From assembly GCA_016184315.1 (NCBI GenBank), contig JACPCU010000011.1:24161-88160 (forward strand): a stretch of DNA of 64,000 bases. Reading direction: 5' to 3'. Made by a program: the position numbers and the translations under genes. This document shows positions 50,330 through 59,912 of this stretch, one piece after another. Positions within the stretch are counted from its first letter, which is position 1; each line of letters opens with the position of its first letter. The notes under the pieces are model-generated. The model was not told where the DNA came from, made no database searches, and saw only the letters and a program-made list of their open reading frames with translations. The stretch comes from Nitrososphaerota archaeon. GTDB lineage: Archaea; Thermoproteota; Nitrososphaeria; Nitrososphaerales; JACQRY01.

Positions 50330-52864
50330 ATGCCGACAAAGAAGATTACGTTGCATTTGGGCGGGATGCACTCTGCTTCATGCGAAGCAACCATAGAGAA
50401 CGCCCTGAGCAGCCTTGATGGTGTTCAACATGCTTCAGTCAGCTTTAATTCTGCTAAGGCAGAAGTTGAGTATGATCCCGATAAGGTCACTGTAGAAACG
50501 ATGAGGAAGGCCGTAAGCGATGTAGGTTACAGAGTGCTGTTTGACCAAATCATGCTCCAAGTCAAGGGGATGACTTGTGCCTCATGTGTCCAAAAAGTTG
50601 AAGGCGCACTGAAAGGTGTCGATGGCGTCGTCGCAGCATCGGTCAACCTTGCACTAGGGAAAGCTACCGTCGAATACCTTCCAGACACGAAGATGCCCGA
50701 ACTCCTCAGATCTGTCAGGGAAGTCGGCTACGCTGCATCGGAGCTTAGCGAATCCGAAGCGGCTGAGGATAGGGAGAAGCTTGAGAGGAAGAAGGATATC
50801 AGAAAGCAGATGATCAACCTCATCATATCCGCGCCGATAGGCACCATCGTCATGCTCGGCGCATTCAGAGAATATCTTCTCACCTACCTACCGCTTCCCG
50901 AGATTTTTTCGAACGAATACCTCCTGTTCACCCTGACCACGATAGTGATCCTTGGGCCGGCGAGACAGTTCTTCACCAATTCCTTCAGAGGGCTCAGACA
51001 TGGCGCTACAGACATGAACCTTCTCTACGCTACGGGAATTGGCGCTGCCTACGGTGTAAGTGTAGGCATATCCTTTCTCGGAATAGAATTAGGCACCAGA
51101 GCATCCTACTATGAGACTGCCACGCTGCTCACGACGTTCATAGTCTTGGGAAGATACCTTGAGGCTGTAACACGAGGAAAGACCTCCGAGGCTATCAGGA
51201 GGCTCATGGGTTTGAAGCCCAAGACCGCTAGGGTGGAGAGAGACGGCAAGGAATTGGAGATCCCTATAGATAATGTGCAGGTTGGGGACTTGGTTCTTGT
51301 GAAACCAGGGGAGAAGATCGCTGTAGATGGGAGGATTATGGAAGGATACACTTCCGTCGACGAGTCGATGATTACCGGAGAAAGTATGCCTGTAGACAAG
51401 AAGGCGGGGGATGAAGTTATCGGCGCCACTGTGAACAAGGCTGGCTTCATAAAGTTCAGGGCAACAAAAGTAGGCAAGGATACCGCTCTGTCCCAGATAA
51501 TCAAGCTCGTTGAGCAGGCTCAGACAAGCAAACTCCCAATCCAAAAGCTGGCAGACATTGTCGCCGGGCACTTCATCCTAGCCATCCACATCCTAGCTTT
51601 GGGAACCTTCCTATTCTGGTTCTTCTATGGGTATAACTGGTTCTACGTGCCGGCTGAAGGCTTGGTCTTTAACGGCTTCCTATGGACAAAGACTCTTCTG
51701 GCTCCATCTATGCTTGCTCTGATCATCTCAATCTCCGTGCTTGTAATATCCTGTCCATGCGCAGTAGGCTTGGCAACCCCTTCGGCCATAATGGTTGGAA
51801 CTGGGAAGGCGGCTGAGCATGGAGTATTGGTTAAAGGAGGAGATGCCTTAGAGCTTACTACTAAGATAAGGACTATCGTTTTCGATAAGACAGGCACTCT
51901 AACTAGGGGTACGCCTTCGGTTACAGATGTCTTTGTAAGCATTCCAAAGACTATATCAACTAATCCGGGGCCCTTGGATGAAAGGAGTTTCCTGCAATGG
52001 GTTGCTGTGGCTGAGAAGAGATCAGAGCATCCTCTTGCTCAGGCTATCGTCAGACGCGTTCAGGAGCTGGGCATAGAGATATCCGACCCTGAAAGCTTTG
52101 AAGCCATCCCAGGGCATGGTGTTAAGGTAACTTACCATGGAGAAGAAGTGCTTGTCGGTAACAGGAAGCTGATGAGTTCCTCCAACATCAACTATGAGCA
52201 CTTGGAGGATAGACTCAGGTTCCTCGAAGAAGAGGGCAAGACTGCCATGATAATGGCCATTAAGGGACAGCCTGTTGGAATAATCGCCGTAGCTGACACC
52301 TTAAAGGAGAACTCTGCGGCTGCAATCAAAGTTCTTCAAAAGATGGGCACAGAAGTCATAATGCTCACAGGAGACAACCAGAGAACTGCAAAGGCAGTAG
52401 CCAGACAACTGGGTGTTCAGAAAGTTCTCGCAGAAGTGTTGCCGGGGGATAAGACTGAGGAGATCAAGAAGCTCCAGAACGAAGGAAAGAAGGTTGCCAT
52501 GGTAGGGGACGGAATTAACGATGCCCCCGCCTTAACGCAGGCAGATGTCGGCATAGCCTTGGGGAGCGGGACAGATGTCGCTATGGAGGCAGGGAAGATC
52601 GTCCTCATAAAAGATGACCTAAGGGATGTTGTGACCACCATAGACATCAGCAGAAGGACCCTCAGGAAGATAAAGCAGAACCTCTTTTGGGCCTTCTTCT
52701 ACAACGCGGCAGCCGTACCCGTAGGCGTCGGGGTGCTCTACCCTTCAATGCGCTTTGTGGTAAGCCCTGAGCTGGCAGCACTATTGATGGCCATCAGCTC
52801 TGTTTCGGTGACGCTCAGCTCGCTTACGCTCAAACGCTATAGGGTGAAGATTGTCGAGGCGTGA
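50330..52864 (+). CDS. copA: Cu(I)-translocating P1B-type ATPase
   Basis: GMHSASC and GMTCASC MBDs, [26 protein letters not shown] and MAISS. Confidence 0.95.
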   Translation: MPTKKITLHLGGMHSASCEATIENALSSLDGVQHASVSFNSAKAEVEYDPDKVTVETMRKAVSDVGYRVLFDQIMLQVKGMTCASCVQKVEGALKGVDGVVAASVNLALGKATVEYLPDTKMPELLRSVREVGYAASELSESEAAEDREKLERKKDIRKQMINLIISAPIGTIVMLGAFREYLLTYLPLPEIFSNEYLLFTLTTIVILGPARQFFTNSFRGLRHGATDMNLLYATGIGAAYGVSVGISFLGIELGTRASYYETATLLTTFIVLGRYLEAVTRGKTSEAIRRLMGLKPKTARVERDGKELEIPIDNVQVGDLVLVKPGEKIAVDGRIMEGYTSVDESMITGESMPVDKKAGDEVIGATVNKAGFIKFRATKVGKDTALSQIIKLVEQAQTSKLPIQKLADIVAGHFILAIHILALGTFLFWFFYGYNWFYVPAEGLVFNGFLWTKTLLAPSMLALIISISVLVISCPCAVGLATPSAIMVGTGKAAEHGVLVKGGDALELTTKIRTIVFDKTGTLTRGTPSVTDVFVSIPKTISTNPGPLDERSFLQWVAVAEKRSEHPLAQAIVRRVQELGIEISDPESFEAIPGHGVKVTYHGEEVLVGNRKLMSSSNINYEHLEDRLRFLEEEGKTAMIMAIKGQPVGIIAVADTLKENSAAAIKVLQKMGTEVIMLTGDNQRTAKAVARQLGVQKVLAEVLPGDKTEEIKKLQNEGKKVAMVGDGINDAPALTQADVGIALGSGTDVAMEAGKIVLIKDDLRDVVTTIDISRRTLRKIKQNLFWAFFYNAAAVPVGVGVLYPSMRFVVSPELAALLMAISSVSVTLSSLTLKRYRVKIVEA

Positions 52865-53079
52865 TTAGAATGTGGAATCTTAGGGTTAGAGCCGCAATGT
52901 TGGGGAGTTGCCTCCTTGCCTCCTCGGCGGCTACGCTTATCTTCTACTTGGCTACCTCAGCAAATCCACAATATTCTCCAACTGACATATACCTAGGCTC
53001 GGTGTGGACCTTCGTGCTGTCCACCATAATTTCGTCGCCGCTCCTGATACCTAGGATCCGCAGGAAGATCGGACAGTAG
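52861..53079 (+). CDS. Small two-TM membrane protein
   Basis: GTGA overlap with copA; two hydrophobic helices. Confidence 0.6.
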   Translation: MIRMWNLRVRAAMLGSCLLASSAATLIFYLATSANPQYSPTDIYLGSVWTFVLSTIISSPLLIPRIRRKIGQ

Positions 53080-53353
53080 GATGCGAGTATAGTATGCTAT
53101 TGAACAGATTCGAGCCAACGAAAATGCATCTCGCGTTTGACGTAATTGTCATCCTCCCTGTTGGATTTGTCTCAACAAACCCCACCTCAGTATATGCAGA
53201 TGGAGCAAAGAAAGAGGAAGCTAACTGGCTAATCGCGAGTTACTTTGATGGGCCGTTAGCGTTGGATAATGATTGCTGGCCTCTTTATTCCGATTTCAGT
53301 CTTCGTTGCCTTAATGATACTAGGAGCGTCTGCGCCGCTTGGGAGACATATGT

Positions 53354-53778
53354 ATGAAAAATGGATGCGTCACGCTGGCTCCGCGACTTGACTTCGAGAG
53401 ACTAATCAACATCCTCTTGAAGGAGCATGAGGAGGTACGGCTACGCCTAACAGCTCTAAGGAACGCTATCGCCAATGACGATCAAGCTGAGGCTGTAGAA
53501 CTGCTGCGCAAAATAGAAGATTACCTCCGGAAGCATGTCACCAATGAAGAATTATGCGTCCTGAGGCTTTTGATCCATGTATTGACGCAAGGAACTCCAG
53601 AAATGCGATTAGAATCTTCCAGCAACACCTAACCATAAATCAATTAATGGCTAAGACTAGACTATTGGCGTCAATCTGCCCTGCAATGTTATCTTCAAAG
53701 CCATTTTGGAAGCGAGGAGACGCAAGCGTTCCCTTGCCCTTGAATTCTTTTTTGACCTTAGCCTTGTCTTCCGCATAA
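53354..53778 (+). pseudogene. Hemerythrin/HHE-like protein, frameshifted
   Basis: LLKEHEEV...RKHVTNEE in one frame; AIRIFQQH continues in another frame after about 53560-53600. Confidence 0.55.
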
Positions 53779-53787
53779 GGCTTTTGC

Positions 53788-53991
53788 TTACTGAAACTGT
53801 TTAGGAGCGCAACTATTTCGACAACCAGCTGAGCATCCACTCGAAACGTCTTGAGTCTCGGCCATCTTGGCGACCTGCTTCCGAACGTACTCATAATAAG
53901 TTATCCGAACACCGCAAGGAGTGCATACGACACTCCAATCGTCATCGCTTAAAACCGCTTCAGAATCGCAGTCCAGACACTTTATCTTCAC
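53788..53991 (-). CDS. Small Cys-rich zinc-ribbon protein
   Basis: CLDC...CTPC plus C-terminal GCSAGCRNSC. Confidence 0.55.
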   Translation of the reverse strand: MKIKCLDCDSEAVLSDDDWSVVCTPCGVRITYYEYVRKQVAKMAETQDVSSGCSAGCRNSCAPKQFQ

Positions 53992-54027
53992 GGTATCACC
54001 CGCGGAGCTCGAAACAATTCACATGTT

Positions 54028-54948
54028 TCACTTAGTTAGTCTCCACTCAAACACTCTGCTTGGGACACCATAGAGACCTTTGAGGACAAGTTTCATAGAG
54101 ACAGGCTTCCCAGACATTGGCGGGAAGACGAGTTCCCCTTCCCTATGGTGGCCACCGGGCGACGAGCCCTTCCATTGGACTGGAGTATACACAATTCCGT
54201 TACTGTCTTGTAAGTAAGCCAATTTGGTCAGGTCGAAATTCAAATCTCCGCTGTGAGTATTCAAACCGATTTTGAAGGTTAGTTCTCTTTCAAAGGAGAA
54301 TAGGATGGGCTCCACCGCGACGGCTAATCCGTTTTCCTCGCTTGCTTTACTGTCCAAAGTGATGGCTTCAACGGCTCCCGCTGTGGTTGACGCCCCAAGA
54401 CTTGTGAATGTCATCCAGCCTAACGAGACCATTATTATTGTCGAAACTACGAACACAAGGTTTCTGACAGTGGTCATCTTTATGCTCATGATCTTTGCAA
54501 GAGGACCCTGCATATAGTAGAGCTGGTGCTTCTGGATGATAGCTAGCATGACGGTTATGCCCACAAGGTTTGACAGGAGCCCTAGAACTACGAAGACTGT
54601 CTGGTATGCAGTTAGAAACAGAGCTGCCGTAGTAAGACCTAACAGAGGTAATGCATCAGTGAGGTGATGAGCACAGCACGCTATCATTGAAGCTGTTGAC
54701 AATCCTCCACTTGCACCCACGCTCGCGGCGCCTTCTTTCACCATCTTTACGTAGTGCCTAGAATAAGTGAACAGCGAGACTTGAACCCCGAATCCTGCCA
54801 CTAACGGGACCATCAGATACCAAAGGGCAAAGAATTCCTTCACCGCATGAGCATAGGATTCAGCCAAACTAACTACAGTCAGGTAGAGAAGAAAAAGAAT
54901 TACACTTGCCAGCACTCCGTTGATTACAATCTTACTAGCTGGTTTCAA
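54028..54948 (-). CDS. Membrane protein with a CCAHH motif fused to a soluble C-terminal domain
   Basis: SMIACCAHH in the TM region; LNTHSGDL and GGHHREG in the C-terminal domain; GGAGG SD. Confidence 0.75.
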   Translation of the reverse strand: MKPASKIVINGVLASVILFLLYLTVVSLAESYAHAVKEFFALWYLMVPLVAGFGVQVSLFTYSRHYVKMVKEGAASVGASGGLSTASMIACCAHHLTDALPLLGLTTAALFLTAYQTVFVVLGLLSNLVGITVMLAIIQKHQLYYMQGPLAKIMSIKMTTVRNLVFVVSTIIMVSLGWMTFTSLGASTTAGAVEAITLDSKASEENGLAVAVEPILFSFERELTFKIGLNTHSGDLNFDLTKLAYLQDSNGIVYTPVQWKGSSPGGHHREGELVFPPMSGKPVSMKLVLKGLYGVPSRVFEWRLTK

Positions 54949-55007
54949 CCGACACGCCCTCCAGGTATCTCTAGAGTTATCTCAAGGCCCTCAGCCATCG
55001 CCAACCC

Positions 55008-56021
55008 TTACCTACCACAGGGAACACTATACAAAGATCCGTGATGTTCGCCAGTGAGTTTGAACAGCCTTACAAGCTCATGTATATCGTCAGAGATACC
55101 AATCTTTACTGGGAGCTCAAGTGCCTGAGCGTGCTCCGCGGTAATAGGGCTATCATGGGTAAGATATCCGCCGGTAAAGAACTCAGCTAGTTCAGCTGCC
55201 CTATCCTTGCCTAATCTGTCCCACAGAAGGCTGATTATGAGCGACTTCATTTGTCTCAGAGATTTCGCCGCTATGTCTGCCAGAAGTATCATCTCGTCGC
55301 TAATGTATTCAGTCTTCTTCATTTGGATCAGTTTGATCAGCGATGGGGACGGATGACCACCGACCTGAGGATCTAGCGGGCCAAGCATACTATATGGGTC
55401 CATTATGATCTCTTTTGCCGCAAGAGCTATGAGGGTTGCTCCAGACATCGCATAATGGGGGATGATCACTGAAACTCCTGAAGGATGCCCTTTTACCGCC
55501 AATGCTATCTGTTCTGCAGGCATAATTATTCCCCCGGGGCAGTGCACGACAAAGTCTATTGGTGTGTCATCAGGGACAGCGCGAACTCTATGCAGAATTT
55601 CTTCGGAGTCTTCGATCGTGATATACGGTTTCTCACTGCCCAACTCTTCTCTATGTATCATCGTAATCAGCTTTGATGTTCTTTTCTCCTCGATCGCAGC
55701 GATCAATTCTCTTCTCCGATTGTTCAACGCGCTCAGAAACGGTTTCGTAGATGCAGAACTGTTCAAAGAGCGTTCCAAACATTGAATTGAACAAAAGGCT
55801 TTCTGCTTTCCGTGTGCGACAACTATGAGTGTGTCAGAAGTGTTTCCACAGTTTTCACAGCTTGCTCTACTCTCTGCACGATGTTCCCTGACTGGTTGAC
55901 TGCCGCTCTTTACGGGTGTGCTTATTTGTTGCAACGCGATTAGTGAAACACTATTCGGTGAGATAAGAACTGCTATTAACAATCGTAAAGTGGAATCATA
56001 GCTTCTCGCTCCGACATTCAT
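55008..56021 (-). CDS. ClpP-class (SDH_sah) serine protease-like protein with an N-terminal TRASH-like Cys motif
   Basis: HCPGG, HYAMSGATLIALA, LGPLDPQ, THDSPI; CENC-x18-CSIQC. Confidence 0.8.
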   Translation of the reverse strand: MNVGARSYDSTLRLLIAVLISPNSVSLIALQQISTPVKSGSQPVREHRAESRASCENCGNTSDTLIVVAHGKQKAFCSIQCLERSLNSSASTKPFLSALNNRRRELIAAIEEKRTSKLITMIHREELGSEKPYITIEDSEEILHRVRAVPDDTPIDFVVHCPGGIIMPAEQIALAVKGHPSGVSVIIPHYAMSGATLIALAAKEIIMDPYSMLGPLDPQVGGHPSPSLIKLIQMKKTEYISDEMILLADIAAKSLRQMKSLIISLLWDRLGKDRAAELAEFFTGGYLTHDSPITAEHAQALELPVKIGISDDIHELVRLFKLTGEHHGSLYSVPCGR

Positions 56022-56047
56022 GGATGGAGAGCCTTACGATCTTGGAA

Positions 56048-56543
56048 CTAAGCAGGTGAAATTAACATTTGAGATTGAGCGCGTAAGGTTTTCACATAGT
56101 CTTCACATACCTCATTGAGCTCATTAAGCCCTTTTCTTAGATACCGTCTAACGAAGAGTAGATCAAGCAGTTTACCCAGCCAAGAATAAGGCAGTTTGTA
56201 GTCCAAGTCGAGTGCCATCCTTGTCCCATTATCTGTCTGCTTCAGACTCATACTCAAATTCCAGCTAATATCAGACGCATAACTATCAATAGCCTGCTGC
56301 ACTTTCTCTCTGTTCTTAATCCATTTCGTCACAACCTCTGTGAAGTTAACCTTTAACCCCATGAACTTCCCGTGCCAGTGGTACTTTGCGTCTACTCCCG
56401 TCAAGTTATCGGGAGAGAACTTCAAGGCTCAGTTTGCCGCCCATTTTGTTTATGTGGTATTCTATGTGTCTAATATCATCCATGAAAACAAAGACTTCTT
56501 CAGGTTTAGCTCTGACTTCCACAACCGTGTGCATCCGACCCAT
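56048..56543 (-). pseudogene. Frameshifted SRPBCC protein (paralogue of 47383..47931)
   Basis: EVRAKPEEVFVFMDDIR...LEVLS joins DNLTGVDAKYHW if one base is removed at about 56411. Confidence 0.75.
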
Positions 56544-56663
56544 GTTCAAAGCTTCATACGCAGCGCCACGGTTTAATGAATGCCTATTGACAATGTAAGA
56601 ATTATCAAACCCAAGCTTTATGTTTGTAAAGTCCAAGAGCACCTGGTGATGCTCAGTCTTGTG

Positions 56664-57350
56664 TCAATGACCTGTTCCAGACGCTGCTATTGTCAGCACT
56701 AAGACGCCGAGGCTAAGCATTGCAACCCCTAATACAAGGAGAAACCTAGCCCTGTTGGCCTGTTGCCATTTCCTCAAAGACACCGTCACCGCCTTAGATG
56801 AGCAGACTAAGAGTATGACAGATAGCGGTGTTACGGCAGCCAAATTGTACATGATAAGGTAGATCAGCCGGTTAGCCGAATCAGCTATCAGCGATATGAA
56901 TGAAAGGTAAATTCCCCCGGTACAGGCACAGGGAAAGTTGTGGAAGCCAGCTAGGAGCCCTGCCAAGCCAGCTGTAGGAAGACCTGCAGGCTTAACGTAG
57001 CCCAACACTCTGCTTGTAAATGATGGGGCAAGATCCAAGGAAAGGGTTCCCGGCTTGTAGTAGTTGAGTAGATTCACAGCGCCTGCGAAGATCAGTATCC
57101 CAGCGCCGACCCTGGCGAGTAGGTGAGGGATCGTGGGCAGAGCCAAGGTCAAAGCAAGGATCCCGAAGCCTACTGCAAGGTAGGAAGCAAAAACGCCCAT
57201 AATATATATGGAGCCCGCCCGCAGTATCGTTCCTCTCGTTACGTTAGCAGAATAGAAAAGGGAGATGAATAGAGCTAGGATGCTGAGAGAGCAGACATTC
57301 AACCCGTCAAGAAAGCCCAACGGGATCAGCGCTGAGGGATCGATATGTGC
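56664..57350 (-). CDS. CcdA/DsbD-TM-like (cytochrome c biogenesis-type) membrane protein
   Basis: GFLDGLNVCS and FPCACTGGIY two-Cys sites; start ambiguous. Confidence 0.7.
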   Translation of the reverse strand, partial: AHIDPSALIPLGFLDGLNVCSLSILALFISLFYSANVTRGTILRAGSIYIMGVFASYLAVGFGILALTLALPTIPHLLARVGAGILIFAGAVNLLNYYKPGTLSLDLAPSFTSRVLGYVKPAGLPTAGLAGLLAGFHNFPCACTGGIYLSFISLIADSANRLIYLIMYNLAAVTPLSVILLVCSSKAVTVSLRKWQQANRARFLLVLGVAMLSLGVLVLTIAASGTGH

Positions 57351-57692
57351 TCACAGCCTTTCTACAAGAGCCTTGCCTTCATCATCAGATATTCTGATCA
57401 TGTCTCCCGAGGAGAGACATGCCTGCCTCTCCATATTATGCGTGTACCGAAACTCAAGCCTACCACTTCTCTCTGAATTGATTATCGCTCTGCATGTTAC
57501 AGCATTCATACTGCCATCGCAGTCTAGATCGGCTACGACTACACCGTTATCTGTTCCTTTGAAAAGTTTGTTAAGGACGGTTCCTACGAAGATGTCTCCT
57601 TGAGTCTGACTAGAATTCTGGGTTCCACCGCCTAGAACCACCGTTAAGTAGACGATGCTGCCTACAGCCAAGATCAATACAGCAAGTATCAC
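57351..57692 (-). CDS. Membrane-anchored small protein with three Cys
   Basis: N-terminal TM; DLDCD...TCRA...HNMERQAC. Confidence 0.6.
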   Translation of the reverse strand: MILAVLILAVGSIVYLTVVLGGGTQNSSQTQGDIFVGTVLNKLFKGTDNGVVVADLDCDGSMNAVTCRAIINSERSGRLEFRYTHNMERQACLSSGDMIRISDDEGKALVERL

Positions 57693-57783
57693 GAGACTTT
57701 TGAGGGAGCGACGAGGAGTCTTTCGGCTTTTCTTCGCCTTTAGGTCTCCAATGGTTTAATTCACGCTTCCAGCTTTACCTAGG

Positions 57784-58143
57784 TCATTCTGGTGGTTCGC
57801 TGAAGATGTCGTGGTGTCCGCAGGGGCATTTCCCGACTGCGTTAGGGTTATTGATTGTAAGGCCGTTCCCTTGAAGGGAATTAATGTAATCTATTTGTGT
57901 TCCCTTGAGAAGTTGGCTGACAGCAGGCTCAATAAGCATCTTAACTCCCTTATCCTCAACGATCACGTCTCCTTCCTTCGGAGAATCTTCATCAACAACA
58001 TAGCCAAAGCCTCTGCCACCCATGCAGTGAGTGCGAATCAGCGAGATTCTTATTGCCGAACCAGTTTTCCCAGTCTGCGATAAGTACTCCTTAACTTTCG
58101 CGGCAGCAGCCTCGCTTAAATCCACGATCTTTAGGTCAGACAT
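57784..58143 (-). CDS. HesB/IscA-family Fe-S assembly accessory protein
   Basis: LSEAAAAKVK, HCMGG.GFGY, IDY, INNPNAVGKCPCG. Confidence 0.88.
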   Translation of the reverse strand: MSDLKIVDLSEAAAAKVKEYLSQTGKTGSAIRISLIRTHCMGGRGFGYVVDEDSPKEGDVIVEDKGVKMLIEPAVSQLLKGTQIDYINSLQGNGLTINNPNAVGKCPCGHHDIFSEPPE

Positions 58144-58199
58144 CGATGTTTACACCATCATGTTTGAGAGCAGCTGATCCATATGATCCTGTAAACAGC

Positions 58200-58490
58200 T
58201 TAACCCTGGATCTGTTCCTGACCATGACATGAGGCTCCTTGCTGGCTTTCCATCATCCTACCATAATGCTCGTCGAAGCTCTCTCCATGCATACTTCTAT
58301 GATGCTCATCAATATCATCGTCGTGCATAGACCCATGGTGCTCCCTCATCTCCGCCTTGCTATTCATAGCAGGCTGGGCTTCGACCTGAACGCTGAAGAG
58401 TATGACCGATGCCGCGACAACTACGATTCCCAGCGTAGATACTAGCAGAATGACGCTCATACTTCTGATCATTTCTATCATTAATATCAT
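58200..58490 (-). CDS. Exported His/Met-rich repeat protein
   Basis: Signal/TM followed by EHHGSMH / EHHRSMH / EHYGRMM at a 12-aa period and SCH. Confidence 0.7.
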   Translation of the reverse strand: MILMIEMIRSMSVILLVSTLGIVVVAASVILFSVQVEAQPAMNSKAEMREHHGSMHDDDIDEHHRSMHGESFDEHYGRMMESQQGASCHGQEQIQG

Positions 58491-58518
58491 GATGACGGAG
58501 CTAGATTAGAGTGGTTAT

Positions 58519-58531
58519 TGACATTTGTAAA
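58519..58531. promoter_or_regulatory. Candidate operator shared with the cop promoter
   Basis: TGACATTTGTAAA vs TAACATATGTAAA at 49878 (11/13). Confidence 0.45.
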
Positions 58532-58899
58532 GTGGCTCAAACGTTGTAAACTCTTTTACTTGATTAGGTCTACTCATTAGCCAATGGAACCACTTTTCCC
58601 ATGATGCTTTACCGTGTTCTAACTGGCTCAACGCTAGGGTTATTATGGCATAATGCCAGTCGCCTTACCACCTAGTCTGGCATCTGCATCCATGCAAGAA
58701 AGGGGATCAGAACTTGAAATTTATATTGTAAGGGGGGTCTAGCAAGGCGCAGCAGAGCTTTAGGAAAAAAGTTCGCTCTAAATTTGAATTTATCTTTGAA
58801 GGGGGGGGTCACAGCGCCGCGAGGCTAAGCGTTCAACGCCAGCAGAGAAACCATACAATACTGCGATCAACACCCTACGATTGCAGTCCCATGACTTCT

Positions 58900-59655
58900 T
58901 TAGATGGTTAATCCACCGTCGACCGCCAAGACTTGACCAGTAACATAGCCGCTATCCTTAGACGCGAAGAACAAGTACACAGGAGCTATCTCCTCGGGCC
59001 GAGCGAACCGACCTAAAGGATAACGCGCCCTATGCTCTTTTTCGCTTTTGCCCGAATAGGCTAATTCTATTTCAGTCATATCTGTTCTGGCTACAGGAAC
59101 CACGCAGTTGACGTTGATACCGTAGGACGCTAATTCCTTCGCCGCAACTTTAGTCAGGCTTATGATCCCCCCCTTCGCCGCAGCGTAATCCGCGTGGTAG
59201 GCACTACCCCTCAACGCCGAAGGAGCTGACACATTAATGATCCTTCCCTGCTTCTGAGCAACCATGAAGGGCACCACAGCCCTAGTGCAGAGGAAGCACC
59301 CTTTCAGATGGATATCTATCATCCTGTCCCACTGTTCCTCAGTGATCTCCAATAGCTTCTTAGGCTCCGTTATGCCCGCGTTATTCACCAAAATATCGAT
59401 CTGGTGAAACTTGTTGACTGTTGCGTCAACCATGGCTTTAACTTCACTGGCTTTTGAGACATCTGCTTTGACTGGCAGCGCCGCTCCTCCCTGCAACTCT
59501 ATTCCCTCTGACACGGCTTTGGCCGCATCAAGACTTGAGCCTGACACTATGACCACCGATGCTCCCTCCACAGCGAAAAGCTCCGCCACAGCTCTGCCTA
59601 TCCCCTTGCTGGACCCGGTTACAATAGCTACTTTGCCTGAAAGTCTGCTAACCAT
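58900..59655 (-). CDS. SDR-family oxidoreductase (FabG-like)
   Basis: TGSSKGIG, NNAG, YAAAK, NCVVP, VDGG. Confidence 0.93.
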   Translation of the reverse strand: MVSRLSGKVAIVTGSSKGIGRAVAELFAVEGASVVIVSGSSLDAAKAVSEGIELQGGAALPVKADVSKASEVKAMVDATVNKFHQIDILVNNAGITEPKKLLEITEEQWDRMIDIHLKGCFLCTRAVVPFMVAQKQGRIINVSAPSALRGSAYHADYAAAKGGIISLTKVAAKELASYGINVNCVVPVARTDMTEIELAYSGKSEKEHRARYPLGRFARPEEIAPVYLFFASKDSGYVTGQVLAVDGGLTI

Positions 59656-59788
59656 CTTAGCCACAGGTGGGTGATTGACAGAGATTTTAGAGGTTACTCG
59701 AACATACGACGGTTCTCTAAGAATTATCCCCGCCACACAGTTTCCAGCGACTAGTCGCCGTCAGAATCTCCAAGAACGGCAAAACTCG

Positions 59789-59829
59789 TAGAAAAAACTT
59801 TGTAGAATAACTGTTTATAGAAAAAACTT
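59789..59829. repeat. Triple direct repeat in a divergent promoter
   Basis: TAGAAAAAACTT (59789), TAGAATAACTGT (59803), TAGAAAAAACTT (59818). Confidence 0.5.
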
Positions 59830-59912
59830 CACGTATTACGCAGTTCTGATCCACTTTACCATCTGTTTAAGCGGTAAGGCTTATAGACTCCCTGCATAAC
59901 CCTCACCTCCAT

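Noticed and set aside
57351-57353. Selenocysteine readthrough of the TGA
   Set aside because: The position does not align with a catalytic Cys and no SECIS-like structure was recognised.
58731-58810. G-runs AAGGGGGG(GG)TC occurring twice
   Set aside because: No inverted repeats, target duplication or further copies seen; function not supportable.
2455-59773. Shared 12-mer CAGAATCTCCAA at 2455 and 59762
   Set aside because: A single short match with unrelated flanks; compatible with chance.
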